Source: Candidatus Babeliales bacterium (GTDB taxonomy: Bacteria; Babelota; Babeliae; Babelales; RVW-14). From it: DNA of 64,000 nucleotides. A program made the translations under genes and the position numbers. The notes under the pieces were generated by a model. The model searched no databases. It saw nothing but the letters and a program-made list of their open reading frames with translations, and was not told the DNA's origin. This document shows positions 1 through 10,500 of this stretch, in pieces; position 1 is the first letter of the stretch, and each line of letters begins with the position of its first letter. The stretch is taken from assembly GCA_019749895.1 (NCBI GenBank), contig JAIEPG010000002.1, forward strand, positions 66,244 to 130,243. Direction: 5' to 3'.

Positions 1-2
1 GC

Positions 3-1133
3 TCTGGGGCAAACTGGGAACGCACACACCCCAACACGCTCGAAGAGATATTTACGTTTGTGCATCAAAGCTTACTTGCTGTGTTAAGCACACTTACACA
101 GCACGAAATTTCTTTACACAATTTTGGCGCAATCCAGCAAATGCACGACTTTTTACTCAACAAAACAAACCTCTCAACGCATTCAGCTAAAAAGATCAAC
201 GTTATTGGCGTTGATGTGCAAGGACCACTACTGCGGATTAACTACAGCTTCCCTCAGCGCTTGCACAGTGCACTTGCCACACTTACTTTTGATAAAACAA
301 CGCAAACGTGCTCACTACAATTTTCAATGATTGGATTTAACCACAACGGCCGCTGGGAACGCTGCCTGGATTTTTTAGAACTCAAGAGCATGGTTAAAGG
401 CATACCACTAGTCAAAGCCGAAGTTTTAGGCCAACGATTTAATAGTGCGTGGCAATGGCAGCTTGACGCCACAAAGCCAGAAAAGCACATCCTGTACCTT
501 TCCGATCTTTTTAAAATAGCGACCATTATTGCTTATCAATTTAACACGTTGCTGGGAAGCAATGAAGATAAGCTTTTTGATCCAACTATATCAGGTTCCA
601 TTGCCAAGATTTATGAGAACACAGACCGATCAGAATCGTATCTCATTTCTCACAAAAACGCACTACCAACACCTGCAGCAAAAAAAGCATTTTTTGATAA
701 AGCGGCACCTGTAGTTATACACCTCTCACGCCACAAGCATCGCGCGCACTGGCTGCTACCACAAGCACTTGCGTACATTCGCACAAACCCAACCCTAATC
801 ACCAACGAGTTGTTCAGCGAGGTTGTTGACATTGCCAACAAGCTTGCCACACCCGACAGTGACTATGCATTGGAAACAGAAATTTTTTTATACCGCAAAC
901 AAACCAATGCAGACAATGGGCCAAATCTTAGCGAAGCAAAAAAACGGTTTTATCAAACAACGGTAGAAAATTACTATCAGATTATGCCTCCAGAACGCAT
1001 TCAAGAAGTACGCGGTAACGCAAACAAAAATAAAACAACCAAGGGCATGCTTGCTTTGTGTCTTGAGCTGCTCAACACTGCCACCACAACCTCACGAGCA
1101 CAGAATAACAACGGTACTGATAAAAAAAATTAA
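3..1133 (+). CDS. hypothetical protein, probably 5'-partial
   Basis: The frame of the listed ORF 60..1133 (GTG at 60) stays open back to the window edge (..SGANWERTHPNTLEEIFTFVHQ..). No signal peptide and no motif I recognise. A hairpin terminator follows directly. Confidence 0.5.
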   Translation, partial: SGANWERTHPNTLEEIFTFVHQSLLAVLSTLTQHEISLHNFGAIQQMHDFLLNKTNLSTHSAKKINVIGVDVQGPLLRINYSFPQRLHSALATLTFDKTTQTCSLQFSMIGFNHNGRWERCLDFLELKSMVKGIPLVKAEVLGQRFNSAWQWQLDATKPEKHILYLSDLFKIATIIAYQFNTLLGSNEDKLFDPTISGSIAKIYENTDRSESYLISHKNALPTPAAKKAFFDKAAPVVIHLSRHKHRAHWLLPQALAYIRTNPTLITNELFSEVVDIANKLATPDSDYALETEIFLYRKQTNADNGPNLSEAKKRFYQTTVENYYQIMPPERIQEVRGNANKNKTTKGMLALCLELLNTATTTSRAQNNNGTDKKN

Positions 1134-1153
1134 GGAGCCCCTTGCGGGACTCC
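1134..1153. terminator. bidirectional stem-loop terminator between convergent genes
   Basis: GGAGCCCC-TTGC-GGGACTCC pairs at 7 of 8 positions. An A-run precedes it on the + strand, which gives a T-run for the minus-strand gene. It sits between the stops at 1133 and 1183. Confidence 0.5.
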
Positions 1154-1182
1154 TGTAAAATATTTATATCATCTTTTTACGA

Positions 1183-3555
1183 TTAAGATGAAGATGATGC
1201 ACCCGAGTCAGTGAAATATTTAGCCATAACAGTAGCCAAAGATGTTTTCTTTTTTGGACTTAAATAGCCTGCTTGAATGTACAAATGCAACAGGTTTGCA
1301 CAATCTCTAGCTAATTCCTGGTTATTTGGACCAGCTCCGGGTTTATTAAGAAAGGCTATAACCATTGCCAAAAATGCTTTACTCTTGAGCCCTGCTCGTA
1401 AACCAGTAAAGATCATAAGGCCCATTGCTTCTTGCTTGTTATAATGTTGTATCAAGTCCAAAATATTAACCCCTGCAACGGCTGCATCGCCAAGTAATAA
1501 TTCTGGTGAAAGAGCTTTCATAAATTGTGAATACTTGTGTTCTCTTGTGGAGTCATTCTTCCAGCCTAGAATTGCAACAGCTTGACTTGCCATAGCACCA
1601 AAAGCCAAATGCAAAGAACTTTCAATCATGTCACGTCTCAAGTTTTCAGCTTCTACCTCAGACAACTCCTTGGTAGACAAGTTACCGGATGCATCTTTAT
1701 ACGTGATCTTGGCACCCGTAATCAAAATACCTTTATAAAAATCATAAATATAATTTTGCGAGCCTTTTTTCAATGAACCCAATTCACACACCCACCCAAT
1801 TGGATCGTAGCCAAGAGCACCTGTTGCTAAAGCAAAATCTGTATCGATAACTTTTTTTGCCGCATAAACTTTACCCTGGCCAGGCACAAGCCTTGTTCTT
1901 ATATAACCATCCAAAGCACTTGCATTATTTTTTGTTGGAACGGTAGGTATCTTAGCAACACTTTGGTTTATGCCCGACTTCTTATCAAAACGCTTAACCA
2001 CTTTTTGACTTGGAGTTTCTACGGGTAGCACAGGAGGAGTTGGCTGAGGCGTTGAAGAGGATGGCGGCGTTGGAACAGTTGGCAAGGACTTCGTTAATTG
2101 CTCTTCCAATTCTTTTACTTTGTCATCTGCATCGTCAATATCTTGCTCTTCTTTGGCTATTTTTGCCCCATCACGTTCGTTAATCGCGGTAAGCAACATG
2201 CGCGTTGTAATCATAATAAACATATGGCGTTGCACTTGAACACCAGGAGCATTATAAATGGCATCCAAAAATTTCCCATCTTTAGCCTGTCCCTTCTTTG
2301 CAAGAACACCTGCTGGCGAATATTCACAACAAGCATCAAGAAGATCTGAAAGCGCCGAACCGTTACCCTTTACATATTCTAAAATTTTATAAGAAAGGTA
2401 CTTTGATGGAGCTACATAATTAGCGTTCTGCCCAATGTAATACAATATTGCATTAAGCGCCCACACAAGCAGAACAGGCTCATTGCCGCCAGCATTAAGC
2501 AAAGAATAAGCTGAAATTAAACTTGGACGCCTGTATTGTAACTTTTTAATAATCTCATCATACGCCTCTTGCGTATTCAAAATATTTTTCTCAATAAGAT
2601 ATCGAAAAAGATCGACCGCTTGTCTTAGCTTGTTAACATTCGGCTCCATCGGATCCATGTAATTAAAGGTAACTTTGCCGTCACTTGATAAGAAATCTAT
2701 CAACTTATCTTTGGCAAAAGCCAAAACAGCTTGATTGTCTTTAAGATTGTCCTGAGTGCGCACAATCGTAAACCAATCGGTATAGTCTGGAAGACCGCTT
2801 CCTCCTGGAGGAAAAGCCTTCAACCCTGCCTCAACTTGAGGTACCGTCATCGAAGCCCCCTTTGGCCCAGACTCTACTCCCATTTGGGCAAAAGCATGAT
2901 ATTCATGCAACATTACTGCAAAAGTATCTTTGCAAAATTGGCGAATAGCTGCGGATTCACTATCAAATGCACCACTTTTAACCTGAGCAAGAATTGCAAA
3001 AAATTCCTGACGCTTTTGTTCAATAGTTGTAACATTTTGTGCATCAGCAACAAGTGCCGCATCGAGCGGCAAGGTATTGTACGGGTCAACCCACGCACGA
3101 TACACGGCATTCAACGAATTAACATCAGTGGCAGAGCTTGCAAGATCTTCAAATTGGGCTTCTTGGGCATTTTTTAGGGCATCAAGTTGCTGTTGAAGAT
3201 TTTCGATCTGACTCTTTACTACATCAACATCAGATTGGGAAATGCTTGCACTGGCCTGCAAAGTAGCAATTTGCCCTTTCAAGGCAGACAAAGCCCCTTC
3301 AAAAACGGCTTTGTCTGGTACGGCAACCGGCCCAGAAGTTCCAGTTATTGGTGGGGTTGGTTTTGGTAGCGGTACTGGTGGCGTTGGTTTTGGCGAAGTT
3401 GCATGCACCAACATATGCAACTGGTGGGCTAACTCAACCTGCTTTGCTTTTAAAATCTCAAGCGTTTGCCGTAAATCATTAAGAGGCCCGGCGGCGCCAT
3501 GCAAACTGGAACAAACAAGAAAAAAAATGGGCACAAAAAAATACTGCTTCTTCAT
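1183..3555 (-). CDS. large exported hypothetical protein (790 aa) with conserved post-signal-peptide helix and Pro-rich linkers
   Basis: Signal-like N-terminus MKKQYFFVPIFFLVCSSLHG. It is followed by AAGPLNDLRQTLEILKAKQVELAHQL, a motif shared with the 4569..11036 and 14758..16155 proteins. Pro-rich segments are PKPTPPVPLPKPTPP and PTVPTPPSSSTPQPTPPVLP. No catalytic motif recognised. Confidence 0.75.
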   Translation of the reverse strand: MKKQYFFVPIFFLVCSSLHGAAGPLNDLRQTLEILKAKQVELAHQLHMLVHATSPKPTPPVPLPKPTPPITGTSGPVAVPDKAVFEGALSALKGQIATLQASASISQSDVDVVKSQIENLQQQLDALKNAQEAQFEDLASSATDVNSLNAVYRAWVDPYNTLPLDAALVADAQNVTTIEQKRQEFFAILAQVKSGAFDSESAAIRQFCKDTFAVMLHEYHAFAQMGVESGPKGASMTVPQVEAGLKAFPPGGSGLPDYTDWFTIVRTQDNLKDNQAVLAFAKDKLIDFLSSDGKVTFNYMDPMEPNVNKLRQAVDLFRYLIEKNILNTQEAYDEIIKKLQYRRPSLISAYSLLNAGGNEPVLLVWALNAILYYIGQNANYVAPSKYLSYKILEYVKGNGSALSDLLDACCEYSPAGVLAKKGQAKDGKFLDAIYNAPGVQVQRHMFIMITTRMLLTAINERDGAKIAKEEQDIDDADDKVKELEEQLTKSLPTVPTPPSSSTPQPTPPVLPVETPSQKVVKRFDKKSGINQSVAKIPTVPTKNNASALDGYIRTRLVPGQGKVYAAKKVIDTDFALATGALGYDPIGWVCELGSLKKGSQNYIYDFYKGILITGAKITYKDASGNLSTKELSEVEAENLRRDMIESSLHLAFGAMASQAVAILGWKNDSTREHKYSQFMKALSPELLLGDAAVAGVNILDLIQHYNKQEAMGLMIFTGLRAGLKSKAFLAMVIAFLNKPGAGPNNQELARDCANLLHLYIQAGYLSPKKKTSLATVMAKYFTDSGASSSS

Positions 3556-3667
3556 ACAAACTCCTTCTGCTTATCCAAAAAATTGAAAAAAGACTATTGT
3601 TAGTAAAGCAAAAAGATAATTCTTCGAGCAAGATTTTTTAAAATCAACACAAAAAGAAAGGCTCAAT

Positions 3668-3698
3668 AAAAAAAGGACCTCTCAACAATGAGAGGCCC
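3668..3698 (-). terminator. rho-independent terminator of the 3725..4447 phosphatase gene
   Basis: GGACCTCTCA-ACAA-TGAGAGGCCC pairs at 9 of 10 positions. On the minus strand a T7 run (A-run 3668-3674 on the + strand) follows it. Confidence 0.6.
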
Positions 3699-3724
3699 TT
3701 TGCGTGACTAACTAAAACTAAAAA

Positions 3725-4447
3725 TTATTCAGCTACTACTTCTTCCCGAGAATCACTGTCATCACTCACGCTTTCTTGAGTAACAGGAACCTCTGGCTGT
3801 TCTACCACAGATCGAAACGGCACCGCCGCTGGCACAAAACCAGCTGGGCGTTCTTGTGGAACAATCATTTGTTGGGGCTCAACTGTTGGCACAAGATTTG
3901 TTTGCTCTTCCTGTGGTGCAAATTTTTCAGCATAATAACGCTCAATAAATTGTTCTTGAGCTTTTGTTTCAATTGAATGAGGTCTCAGTCTGCGAACCAA
4001 TGCAATAGCATCTTGCGGTTTCATTGCTTTTTTTGCAACAAACCAACAGGCCAAAACGGTGCCCGTTCTGCCCTGGCCAGCAGTACAATGAACCACAGCT
4101 CCCTTATTTTTTGCTTGAACTTCATCTACTTTAGTAACGAAAGTTTCTATTTGTTCAACTGTTGGAGTATGAAAATCTTTAATTGGCAGATGCAAAACTT
4201 CAATAGCAACATCGTCTGGCACAGTAAGACCTGCAAGCATACTTTCGGTTAATGAAACAATAAGTCCAATACCCTGATCTTGCAAAGCATAAAAATTACC
4301 AACATTGGTTGGACGAGCCATGCCAGCAAGACGCGCATTTTCCTCGGTATTTACAAACGAAAAATTGCGCGGCAAAGAATTGGCAGCACTGTGCAACGCA
4401 CCGGTTAAGCCAAAAATAGCGAACAAAGAGAAAAACTGCTTTTTCAT
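3725..4447 (-). CDS. exported dual-specificity (DUSP23/VHZ-like) Cys-based protein phosphatase
   Basis: CX5R P-loop VVHCTAGQGRTGTVLACWFV, followed by RRLRPHSIETKAQEQF as in DUSP23-type enzymes. I prefer the internal ATG at 4447 (MKKQFFSLFAIFGLTGALHSAANS, signal-like) over the ORF-track start at 4543. Confidence 0.8.
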   Translation of the reverse strand: MKKQFFSLFAIFGLTGALHSAANSLPRNFSFVNTEENARLAGMARPTNVGNFYALQDQGIGLIVSLTESMLAGLTVPDDVAIEVLHLPIKDFHTPTVEQIETFVTKVDEVQAKNKGAVVHCTAGQGRTGTVLACWFVAKKAMKPQDAIALVRRLRPHSIETKAQEQFIERYYAEKFAPQEEQTNLVPTVEPQQMIVPQERPAGFVPAAVPFRSVVEQPEVPVTQESVSDDSDSREEVVAE

Positions 4448-4520
4448 AGTAAAATTCCCACACATAACAACAGACCAAATCAACCTCACTACTAAGTTTA
4501 ACATACTTTTGATTTTTAAG

Positions 4521-4557
4521 AAAAAGGGGCTTTTTTTAAACAAAAAGCCCCTTTTTC
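4521..4557 (-). terminator. rho-independent terminator of the 4569..11036 gene
   Basis: AAAAAGGGGCTTTTT / AAAAAGCCCCTTTTT inverted repeat with flanking T-runs on the minus strand, 12 nt after the stop. Confidence 0.65.
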
Positions 4558-4568
4558 TTGAGATATTA

Positions 4569-7500
4569 CTAAATTAAGCCATGATAAGAACTATCTAACA
4601 CATTCTTCAGCTGCCCGCCTTTTAAAGTTTGATTTATAAATGGCTTTCTTGCATTTTCAAGCAACTGGGCCTGTGCCTGAGTATAAATCTTGTTTTGTAT
4701 ATTTTTAACTAAAAGATCATAGTTCTTTTGAGCAAGATAAGAATAATTATCCCCATTGTTTGCACTAGAAACCGATGTGTACTGAACAGCATAATTTTGT
4801 AAAAAAACATCATTTTTATAGCCAGCTTGCAACAAAATATGTACCAAGATAAGACTTAAACGGCGCAAACTACCACTAGTTTGTAGTCGAGCAAAAACTT
4901 CGTCCGGACTATCAAGTAAAACCGGCACCGAATCAAAAACCCTTTGAAGATTTTGCCGCTGTTCTGGCGTTGCTCCAGGAGCATTGTTGTCGGCAAAATG
5001 GCTAGAAAGGTCAGCCAATAAAGCTGGTTTCGTGGGATATAAATCACCAGGTGCAGACGCACCAGAATTATAATACGTCCATGGGCTTGGTGGTGGCGGC
5101 GTATCAAGATCTACTTTGTATGCTTTGATACTATTTTCTTGCTCTTCCGTTTCTATTGAGTGTGGACGCTTGAGCCTCACTTCATCAATCGCTTCTTGGG
5201 CCGTTATATTTTTTGATTTAACAAGCCAACAAGCAAGCATAGTCCCCGTCCGTCCATAGCCACCAGCACAATGAACAACAAGCGGCTGATTGGCTTCAAC
5301 ACTTGCCAGAGTTATAAATTGTTTAATTTGTGCAAGCGTTGGCGGCGCAAAGTCTTGAATTGGGATTCTTACGTTGCGCAGCGTACTCCAGCCTGGCACA
5401 CCCAAAGCACTGGTAAACCATTCCTGTGGCAATTGCGTCTCATTTGTCAACGAAACCAGATTCTTAACACCTTCAAATTGTAATGCTTTAATGTACGCAA
5501 AAGAATAAGGTAAAGCCATGCCACCTACCCGGTGAGGACTATCGTCAATCCAAGAAAAATTATTCCCTTCAAGAAGCTCTTTTAATCGCGCTTGCAAGTT
5601 CACTGCATCACAAAACTCTAATAGTTCAATCACATTTTTTAAAACAAGCTGATTGCCATAAATTTGTGCATTAAATTCGTCCCAAAGCTTATCTTTTGTT
5701 ACTTCATTAACACTTGTTGCCAAAGGGTAAAAAGCCTTGAAAACTTGTACCCCATTTTGACCAGACAAAACAAGCTCCATGTTTTCATCAAAGAACTTTT
5801 TCTTAGAGTTTTGAATCTCGGTATCAGTCCCGGCCAATTTCGCACCCGCAGGCCCAACAAATGAGGCTACTGATGAACCCGCAGCGTTAAGATTCATGAG
5901 CTGATCATAGACCACAACTGCTTGCGCTGCTTCTTTAACTTGTGCTGCTCCTGCTCGCCCCGGCTGCTGCGCTTGTTGCAGAAATGTTTGCAGATTAGTA
6001 TTTGCAACTGTGGAATAGGGAGAACCTCCCAAGCCACCAGAACTATTCACCGACTTAAGGCTCGCAAAGAAATCAGGACGCTTCTTAATTAAGTTAACAA
6101 AGTCTGTCCAAATATCTGCAGAAAATTTAGAATAATAAGTTTTTGTAACAATCGTATTAAATATCTGCTGTGCTATTGCATGTTTAAATGATCCAATACC
6201 TCGAAGATTATCCATTTGTCTGGCATGATGATCATTTTCACGCCGCGCTAACGTTTGATAAATATTTTCTTCAGATATTCCATAATATTCATCAGCTGGA
6301 ACGTCATGAGGATAGGCAGGACTTCTATTGCCTCTAAAGAAAAAGATATCGGCATTAGCAGCATAAGACGTCTTACTCAGCAATTTATCCATAATCGCTA
6401 GAGTACCCTTCCAATATTTATCGCCAGCGGTTCCTGCTGGAATATACTCAAGTACACGGTCAAGGTACATATGCGGGTAGCTTTTTTCAGATAATGATTT
6501 TTCAATTATTTTCTTTGCAAAGCTCTCTTTTAAAGCAAGTGTTTTTAACAAATTATCAACAATAAAAGTATACGTTGTGTTTTCTTTTGTTATCATGGAG
6601 TCACTGCCATCAGTAGCATATGAAAGTCCGTTGTGGCCAGTTGGACCATCATTGGCTTGACGCATAGCCTTTGCCAAAATATTTATTGTAGGGAGATATG
6701 GAGCAAGCTTGAATCGCGCAATATCTTCTTTGGTCACCGTCCACCAAAAAGTAACCGCCTTCTTTTCTGGCGTAACTTCAACTTGTTTAAGATCTAATGC
6801 CCATGCAACCGCTTGAGCATAGTCACCAATTTTATAGAAACGACCCCACTCGTTTTCGCCACTCGTTCTGCAACCAAAGCGAGCCGTGTCAGTTTTTTTG
6901 TTGTATTCAAGAAACAGAGTTGCGCTATGAGACCTCAACGGATAATTATACTTATAACCAAGAGTACCTTTACTAAACGAAAGCCCCATCAACGTTGCAT
7001 GATTACCATGCGTACCAAAACCTACTTTCTTAATGCTATCAATTTCTGCAAGCAAGTCTTTGAGCAACTGCGGCAACGCTGGAGCATCTTTACTTGCCAG
7101 CGCCACAACAGAAGTCTTACCCAAAAAGAAACTTGTTACATTAATCAAACTTTGATGAATAAAGGTAAAAATATCTTCAAACGTGTTGACAGCTTGAAGA
7201 GAACCTCCTGCTTTATTACCAATCACAACAAGCGCTACGTTAAAATTGTTAGAGTTATCAAGTTGAGCAGCATCGTAAAGCTTGGCTGCTCCAGATAAGC
7301 TTGTTGTTGCGGCTGCTAACTTAACAGTCACGCCAGTATCAAAAGCGGTACCGTAATGCCCACCAAGTTCTTGATACGGACTAATGCCGGTAAGCAGGCG
7401 TAAATATTCATCTAGCATTGTTTTAAAGGTGAAAAGTTTGTTGTCGCGCGTGTTAAGTTTAGGATTTGCAGCACTAGTAACCACTTCATACTCACTACTT

Positions 7501-10500
7501 GCTTTAACTGCCTTTATTGACTGATCGAACGTATCAATAAATAAATCTAACAGTGACAACACCGCCACTTTACCTATATCGCCAGCATTTTTGTATGATT
7601 GTACAAACGCAGGGTCAATAAGCTCAGTAACAATACCAGTAAGCAGCAACCATTGCTTATCAAACTTTTTACGCTGAGCAAATATTTCAGGCTTTAAAAA
7701 TTTAACACGCGCAATTTTCTCATTTACCGTATTCAACAGAGCTTTATCGTTATTGAATGCCGTTACAAGAGAGATCAGAACTTGCTGAACTGGTAGGGCT
7801 TGTGTTAAATCTTTTTCCTTTGCCGGTTCAAAAAAATCAGTGTGCAGCCAAACGGTAAGCAACCCAAGCTTACCCAAGGTTGCTACCGCTTCACCAAAAT
7901 CTTTTTTGTGCTGCTTGCCACCAACATCACCCACCTTGGCAACAAACTGAATCCACTTGTCACTCACTACTTGATTAAGTGCTTCGTCTGCTATTTTTGC
8001 ATACTGAATAACTTTACCTTCTTGTTTGATTTCAGGCTCAACAAGCCCTTTCTCTTTGAGTCTTTGAATAGCAATCGCTTCAGGTTTTAAAGTACGCAAA
8101 ACAAAATTGGCAAGTGAGAATGCATTAAGTACCTGATCCGCCTCTGGCTGCTGAAACAATAATGCTTCTAAGAAACGTACCGCAAATAATCGTTTAATAT
8201 AATCGTCTGTCCCTTTTACAAAATTACGTGTTTGCAAAATATGATGTCCAACCTTAGCCAAGGTATATTTAAACAAAGCTATTTTGTTAGTTAAATCTTG
8301 ATCTAGCGTTATTGATTTTACATAAAATTCCATACGCTGTTTAATAACCATCAAAAGAACCAAAAAGCTTATCCGTAGATTCTTTTCATCGGCACCTTGT
8401 GCCACAGTGTCAAGCATAGTCATAATTTGCGGAGCCAATGCTGCTTGGTTTTTAGTCGATTTAAATGGGGCAAGGAAAGCTTGAAGTTCCGCTGCGCTCA
8501 CTCCTTCTTTAAGTTCTAACTCTAATTCTTTAAGTAAATCATCAACCTTTGTAGCATCAAAATCTGCCGGTGCAATGCTAGAAAGCAACGGCGATATTGG
8601 ATAATTTTTCCAACCTTCAAGAATATCATTGGTATTTTTTAAATCTTGCAACGTTTGCTTTGAATCCCACTGAACCACCAGCCCCTGTTGTGGGTCGACT
8701 AAAAACTTTGCACCAGGCTCACTGATCGCATCGATAAGTTTATTAATACCGGTCATAAAAATAACCGGCTTTACTGCTGTACGAAATTGTGTTCCCTCAT
8801 GCGATGTTGGTGGCGCATGCTGCCCCACCACAACGCAAGCTACACGTTCTTTTGTCTTGCTATGCATGTACGTATCAAAAGCCTCACCCATAGTACTTTT
8901 AACAATTATTTGGTTGCCATCAATCAGTCGAACAGCACCATCGGCTGGAATAATTGTTTCTCCCTTAAAAACTTCTCCCGTTAACGCTGCAGGGTTGGCA
9001 ATGTATGACGGCTCTCCCTGATTTGGATTATGCGTAATTGGACGAGCTTGCACCAAGTACAATGTTGAATCATTTCTATCAATAACAAATTCAACGTCCA
9101 TTGGCTTGAGGTAATATTCTTCAAGAACATTTGCCAACAGCTTGAGCATAAGTCCTTCGTACGATGTCAGTACTGGGCTCATGGCAAGATCTGGCGGATT
9201 ATCGCGATCTTCAAGTTTAGAATCTTGGTTAAGAGAAGGAAATTTCCTAAATGGCTTTGGTCGCACAATTGCATACATTTTGTCAAAATCGCTCAGATAG
9301 TAGGTATCAACACCAACAAGACTGTTGACCACCCCTTCATTGTGCCCATACGCGGCATCAATAGCCACAATGCCAGTTGAACGAGCCTTGACAGAATAAT
9401 CCCAATGCTCATTCAAGAGATCTTTTTTTGCAATCCCCCCGCCCGGCTCTTCGGTAAACATAACACCACATGCTGGTAATCTTCTTTCTATCATTTTGTT
9501 GTCAGGCAAAACTGGCTCTATTTGCACAGCAACATAATTGTTTGGGTTTGCAACAGATGCAGCTGTTAGAACACGCACGGCGAGGACTATAGCTTCTGGT
9601 GTAGGCGCAACATTTTGAAAGTTTGTACCATTAGTAAGCGATACCTTAACCTGCCATCCTCCTTTTTGAGCTGCTTTTAACATACCATCAAGATCAGACT
9701 CTTGTGTGTTAAAAAATGCATCCAATGAATTTTTGCTTGTAGTTTTAAAGGTATCCCATTTTTCAAACAAGTTAGGACCAGGTTTATTGAACGCTGAACG
9801 CACATTTTTTGAACGAATACCACGAATACGCTCTCCCACCATTCTTTGAATAAGCACTGGCGTAAATGGCTCATCAAATAACTCAGGATCACCACCAATC
9901 AAACGTTGCATAAAGGATTTTTCACTAAAATATGAACCAACTACCACACCCATTGCCAGCAAAATTTCTGACAGCTGCGGCGCAACGTTTGCAACACTTT
10001 CATTACCCCCGGCGTTTGCAAGCTTGTCGGTATCTTCTTTCCCGGTACTACGAACCATTAATGAACTTTTGAAACGTTTTATTTTTTCAAGTGTTTCATT
10101 AATGCCAACTTCAAATTGAGCATCAAAATCAAAGATACCAGAAACAACGTCAGGCTCTGTTGCAGCTGTATTAAAAATGGCCATAACATCATTTTCTAAG
10201 ACCTTTAAATTATCCAAAAACGTTTTTGAAAAATTTTGATCGCGCTTAAATTGATCTTGCGCAGCCTTGTCAAAACGCGCTATAAAATCCGCCCAACGAG
10301 TTTTTATATCAAATCCATTTTTTAGCAAAAATGCTTTTATAGAATCTGACGAAATACCCTTAAACTCTGGCACACGTATTTTTAACTCATAAGAACCTGT
10401 TTTGTCGGCAATCAAGTTAGTCAAAATGCTTAATGCTCGAGATATCTTTTCAAGCTCTTGCAGATTTCCTGTTTTGTAACCATAGCCCTGAACTTCAGCA

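Noticed and set aside
2731-3177. 148-aa plus-strand ORF, together with similar ORFs at 1582-1776, 2098-2349, 3187-3586, 6813-7298, 7842-8090, 30368-30838, 32066-32542, 41590-42153 and 42457-42970. All lie antisense or out of frame inside long, motif-supported genes.
   Set aside because: They are shadow ORFs. They lie wholly within genes that have clear family motifs or signal peptides on the other strand or frame. They have odd Cys/Arg/Phe-rich composition and no RBS or recognisable motif.
3725-4543. Long N-terminal extensions implied by the first in-frame start in the ORF track. Affected ORFs are 3725-4543, 11981-12592, 12959-14683, 21753-23759, 26955-28658, 34842-35339, 40694-43159, 44798-46159, 47447-48700, 50015-52003, 53014-53754, 53720-54388 and 56364-57449.
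   Set aside because: Internal ATG or GTG starts give canonical signal peptides or family-typical N-termini. They have Shine-Dalgarno-like sequences at the right distance and remove large overlaps with upstream genes. Start choices remain predictions.
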